Assembly: GCA_963814585.1 (NCBI GenBank)
Contig: CAWFDF010000008.1
Location: 512,001-576,000, forward strand
Length of the DNA stretch: 64,000 bases
Source of the DNA: an uncultured delta proteobacterium
GTDB lineage: Bacteria; Myxococcota; Myxococcia; Myxococcales; Anaeromyxobacteraceae
Direction of reading: 5' to 3'
Below the pieces are notes generated by a model that was given only the letters and a program-made list of their open reading frames with translations, searched no databases and was not told the DNA's origin. Each line of letters opens with the position of its first letter. Position 1 is the first letter of the stretch. Positions 60,389-64,000 of the stretch are shown here, piece by piece. The position numbers and the translations under genes were made by a program.

Positions 60389-61483
60389 TCACCTCTCCAG
60401 CAGCTTCATGGCCGCCGTCAGGCTCCGCCGCATCCGGTTGAAGGCCTCGCCCAGCACCGAGATCTCGTCATGGCCCGTGACCGGGAGCTCCGGGACGTCC
60501 ATGTTCCCCTTGCTGATCTCGTCGGCCATGGCCGCGAAGCGGCTGACCGGCCGGATCACGGTCAGGACCAGGACCAGGTTGAGCAGGACCAGGGTCACCG
60601 CCGCCACGATGGCGACCGAGGTCGCCAGCTGGCGGAAGGCCCGATCGGCCATGGCCACCGTCACCGAGACCGGCACCGAGACGATCTGGGCCGCCACGAC
60701 CTCGTCCTCCTTCCACCCGAACCCGTTGGCGGTGCCGTAGAGCGCGATCATCTCGGGCGGCGCCGCCGCGGGCGTGGAGTGGCACTCCAGGCAGGACTTC
60801 CCGGCGCGCATGGGCCGGGCCAGGTAGAGCGACGGGCCGAGCGGCGACAGCCGCTCCCCGTCGAAGGCCACCAGCTCGGGCCGGTTCCGGAAGGCCTTGA
60901 CGATGTCCTCCTCCCAGTCGACGGCCCGGTCGCGCGGGTTGGTCGGGTTGAGGGTGGCCTCCTTGTAGGTGAACTCGGGGTGCTTCCTGGTCAGGTAGCT
61001 GAAGATCTCGGTGGCGGCGTAGGCCGGAACGGTCTGCGGCCGGAAGACGTGCACGGTCGGCCCCTTGCGGGCGCACAGCCCCTGGAACGGGTCCGCCATG
61101 GGCTCGTCTCGCAGCGCGCTGGCAGGCGGGCCCCCGGCGCCGTGCTCGCCGGCGCGCTCGACGCGCGCCCGCTCGGCGGAGGCCCGCGCCGCCGCGACGC
61201 GGCGCTCCATGGCCGCCTTCAGGACGTCCCGCTTGGCGCAGAGCTCCTGGACGAGCGCCGCCACCTCGTCCTCGCGCTGGTTGGCGTCACTGAAGGAGGG
61301 GCGGACCTGCTCGGTCGTGTAGTTCCTCATGGCCAGGGCGGTCTCCATCATGATGCGCGCCTGGTAGAGCACCTGCTCGCGGGCATTGCGCTGGAGCTGC
61401 CCGTAGAAGAGGTAGCCCGCGACGCCCAGGCCGAGGCCGAACACCAGCACGTACACCAGGCTGAACTTCACCAGAAGCCGCAT
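60389..61483 (-). CDS. Membrane sensor with periplasmic DUF3365 (Tll0287-like) c-heme domain and HAMP, no output domain
   Basis: YKEATLNPTNPRDRA, CLECH, GFGWK, HAMP DEISVLGEAFNRM. Confidence 0.88.
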   Translation of the reverse strand: MRLLVKFSLVYVLVFGLGLGVAGYLFYGQLQRNAREQVLYQARIMMETALAMRNYTTEQVRPSFSDANQREDEVAALVQELCAKRDVLKAAMERRVAAARASAERARVERAGEHGAGGPPASALRDEPMADPFQGLCARKGPTVHVFRPQTVPAYAATEIFSYLTRKHPEFTYKEATLNPTNPRDRAVDWEEDIVKAFRNRPELVAFDGERLSPLGPSLYLARPMRAGKSCLECHSTPAAAPPEMIALYGTANGFGWKEDEVVAAQIVSVPVSVTVAMADRAFRQLATSVAIVAAVTLVLLNLVLVLTVIRPVSRFAAMADEISKGNMDVPELPVTGHDEISVLGEAFNRMRRSLTAAMKLLER

Positions 61484-61499
61484 GGACTCCTCCTCTGCC

Positions 61500-63089
61500 T
61501 CACCTGGACGACGACGGGGACCAGACCATTCGCTGCCCGGCCACCACCTGGACCGTCTCCTCCACCACGCCGGCCGTGGCGTGCTTGAGCTGGATCCGGT
61601 GGGCACCTGGCGGGAGCCGCAGCTCGCGCGGGCTCAGGCCGGCCGGCCGGCCATCGATGGTGATCTGCGATCCCGGCATGCCGAGCACCGTGACCACGCC
61701 CTCGGGGCCGCCGGCGGTCGCCGCCGCGGGCACGGCCGCGAAGGAGGGCCGCTCGGTCTTCTGGGCCGGAGCCGGCGCGCCGATCGGGGCCGGCACCGTG
61801 GCCTTCTCCGGAGGGCTCTCCAGCGGCGTGACCAGCGGCGCCGTGGGCGCTCGCACCCAGCTGAGCCCGTACCAGACACCGCCTCCGAGCAGCAGGGCCC
61901 CGATCACCGACACCGTGATGACGGCCAGGGCCCTGGCGGTCTCACGCGCCTCCTGGCGCGGGGCCGGGGTCGCCGGCCGATGTCGTGGCGTGGGCCGTGG
62001 TGCCGACGTGGGCCGCGACGCACCGGGCGGGGCCTGCGGCCTGGCCGTCGGTCCCGGGCGCGGAGACGGCCTGGTGCCGCCGCCGGGCATGGCGTCGACG
62101 ATCGCGGTGGCCTGGGCCCTGGGAGCCGACACCGGCTGCTCGCCCGTGGCGCTGCAGGCGAGCAGCTCGCGACGGAAGGCCATGGCGGACGGGAAGCGCT
62201 CCTGGCGATCCGTGGCCAGGGCCCGCATGATCACGGCCTCGAGATCGGGAGGAACGGCGAGGTCGGGGCGCCGCCTCCGCAAGGGCACCGGCGGCTCGAC
62301 CAGCATCTTCGCGACCAGGGCACCCGGGGTGGCGGCCTCGTACGGAAGCTTGCCCGCCACCAGCTCGTAGAGGACCACGCCGACGGAGTACAGGTCGGTT
62401 CGAGGGTCGAGCTCCTCCCCGCGAGCCTGCTCCGGGCTGGCGTATCCCGGGGTTCCACAGGTCATCCCCTCCCGCGTCAGCTTCGGTCCGCCGCTGCCGT
62501 CGCGGAGCTTGGCGATGCCGAAGTCGAGGACCTTGACCACGTCGGTCTCGTCGTGCCGGGTCTCCAGCATGACGTTCTCCGGCTTGATGTCGCAGTGCAG
62601 GATGCCCAGGGCGTGGGCCTCGGTGAGCGCGGCCAGGATCTGCGAGCCGATCTTGACGATCCGCCGGGCCTGGACGGGGAACTCGTCGGCGATGACCCGG
62701 GCCAGCGTGCGACCCGGCAGGTACTCCAGCGCCATGAAGAGCGTTCCGTCGTCGGCCTGGCCGAAGTCGATGATCGAGATGGAGTTGGGGTGGTTGAGCC
62801 GGGAGGCGGCGCGCGCCTCCCGGTGGAACCGGGCCACGATGGTGGGATCGGCCAGCAAGGCACGATTGAGGATCTTGAGGGCGACGGGGCGGTCGAGGGC
62901 GAGGTGGGTGGCGCTGTACACGACGCCCATGCCGCCGCGGCCGATGACCTGGTGGACGAGGTACTTCTGCGCCACCGTCTTGCCCACGAAGGGATCGTTG
63001 CTCGCGACCGCCGCAGGCGCCTCGGCTCCGCAGAACGGGCAGAACCTCGCCTTTCCGACATCGCGCATGCACGTGGTGCAGGTCGACAT
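61500..63089 (-). CDS. Hanks-type Ser/Thr kinase with N-terminal zinc ribbon, TM helix and C-terminal PEGA domain
   Basis: CTTC..CPFC, GRGGMG, VALK, HCDIKPEN, DFG, GTPGYASPE. Confidence 0.92.
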   Translation of the reverse strand: MSTCTTCMRDVGKARFCPFCGAEAPAAVASNDPFVGKTVAQKYLVHQVIGRGGMGVVYSATHLALDRPVALKILNRALLADPTIVARFHREARAASRLNHPNSISIIDFGQADDGTLFMALEYLPGRTLARVIADEFPVQARRIVKIGSQILAALTEAHALGILHCDIKPENVMLETRHDETDVVKVLDFGIAKLRDGSGGPKLTREGMTCGTPGYASPEQARGEELDPRTDLYSVGVVLYELVAGKLPYEAATPGALVAKMLVEPPVPLRRRRPDLAVPPDLEAVIMRALATDRQERFPSAMAFRRELLACSATGEQPVSAPRAQATAIVDAMPGGGTRPSPRPGPTARPQAPPGASRPTSAPRPTPRHRPATPAPRQEARETARALAVITVSVIGALLLGGGVWYGLSWVRAPTAPLVTPLESPPEKATVPAPIGAPAPAQKTERPSFAAVPAAATAGGPEGVVTVLGMPGSQITIDGRPAGLSPRELRLPPGAHRIQLKHATAGVVEETVQVVAGQRMVWSPSSSR

Positions 63090-63272
63090 CCAGTGCGGCC
63101 CCCGGGTCAACGCTTGCTGTGGCACATAGTCGCGGCAGGGGGAGCCCGCTTGGATTCGTTGGAGGCCTGACGGGCCCGCTCCAACGATTCGCGAATCTGG
63201 CCAGGCCGGGGTGTAAGTTGATTCTTCCAGGCGCCTCTGGCTGCTCCAGCGGGCCCTCACAGGAGCTCGTCC

Positions 63273-63692
63273 ATGAACGAAGACTTCGCCGAGGCGATGA
63301 ACCGGCTCCCGGGCTGGGTCAGGGAGATGGGGGTCACCATCGTCACGGCCAGCGCCGACGAGGTGACCTGCGCGTGGGAGGTCACCGCCAAGCACCACCA
63401 GGGCTACGGGATCGTCCACGGCGGCGTGCACTGTGGCGTCATCGAGACGCTGGCCTCGATCGGCGCGGCGCTGGCGGCCCTGCCGCGCGGCCAGCGGGTC
63501 GTCGGCCTGGAGAACAGCACGTCATTCATCCGGGCGGTCACGTCCGGCCGGCTGAGGGGGAGCGCCCGCCCCGTGACGCGGGGCCGCACCACGCAGGTCT
63601 GGGAGGCGTGGATCCGGGACGAGCAGGAGAACCTGGTCGCGCAGGGGCGGGTCCGGCTGCTCTGCATCGACGAGAAGCGCCCGCTGGGGTGA
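63273..63692 (+). CDS. PaaI/hotdog thioesterase
   Basis: HHQGYGIVHGGVHCGVIET, GRTTQVW. Confidence 0.92.
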   Translation: MNEDFAEAMNRLPGWVREMGVTIVTASADEVTCAWEVTAKHHQGYGIVHGGVHCGVIETLASIGAALAALPRGQRVVGLENSTSFIRAVTSGRLRGSARPVTRGRTTQVWEAWIRDEQENLVAQGRVRLLCIDEKRPLG

Positions 63693-63727
63693 GCCCTGGG
63701 CGCGGCCGGCCAGCCGGGCCGCGCGCC

Positions 63728-64000
63728 TCAGGCCTCCCAGATGACGCCCTGGCCACCGGCGTACCAGCCCGGGACCTGCGGCGCGTACCTCGCCTCGATC
63801 ACCGAGCGCCTCAGCTTCAGCGACGGCGTCAACGACCCGTCCTCGATGGACCAGCGGTCCTTGGCCACCACCAGGAAGGCCAGCCGCTCGTACGCCGGAA
63901 GCTCGCGGTTGACGGACTCGCGCAGCCGCTCGAGCGCCGCGGTCACATCCGTCCGCAGCTGGGGCTCGCCGATCCGGTCGTGAAGGTGCTCGGCGAGCTG
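63728..64000 (-). CDS. Long-chain acyl-CoA synthetase (AMP-binding), C-terminal part (5'-truncated by window)
   Basis: VNRELPAYE...WSIEDGSLTPSLKLRR..IEARY. Confidence 0.85.
   Translation of the reverse strand, partial: QLAEHLHDRIGEPQLRTDVTAALERLRESVNRELPAYERLAFLVVAKDRWSIEDGSLTPSLKLRRSVIEARYAPQVPGWYAGGQGVIWEA

Noticed and set aside
60383..60391. Selenocysteine read-through at the DUF3365 sensor UGA
   Set aside because: Not a Cys-like position, no clear SECIS-like hairpin follows, and the downstream gene has its own Shine-Dalgarno

Overview
Very GC-rich bacterial chromosome segment, most consistent with an Anaeromyxobacter-like member of Myxococcota (carD-carG pair, bacterial topoisomerase VI, tmRNA tag ANEPMALAA, many multiheme c-type cytochromes). 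Main contents in order: (1) a translationally coupled six-gene operon at 1008-7017 joining three putative heme proteins (EB_dh-like lipoprotein, CxxCH-bearing beta-barrel, monoheme cytochrome) to a SiaABC/RsbUWV-like partner-switch module; (2) an NfnAB/GltD-like flavoprotein fused to zinc ribbons and a rubrerythrin-like domain; (3) a cytochrome b / Rieske / multiheme-TPR operon; (4) a LysR-arylsulfatase-nucleotidase-HAD cassette bounded by a ~300-bp direct repeat; (5) multiheme lipoproteins with 11 and 33 heme motifs plus a diheme peroxidase, with an FNR-like box before the larger one; (6) a redoxin that appears to be a hidden selenoprotein (in-frame UGA plus SECIS-like hairpin); (7) top6B-top6A followed by an unannotated 43-aa K/R-rich ORF; (8) housekeeping genes (htpX, bcp, ygfZ, queG, orphan DNA methylase, carD, carG); (9) tmRNA followed by possible traces of a decayed integrated element; (10) a large surface lipoprotein and a Ser/Thr kinase / heme sensor / class III cyclase operon. 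Many conserved genes carry single-base frameshifts and 17.7-18.9 kb is badly garbled, which suggests uncorrected long-read errors rather than true pseudogenes. All family calls come from motif recognition by eye; no database search was run.
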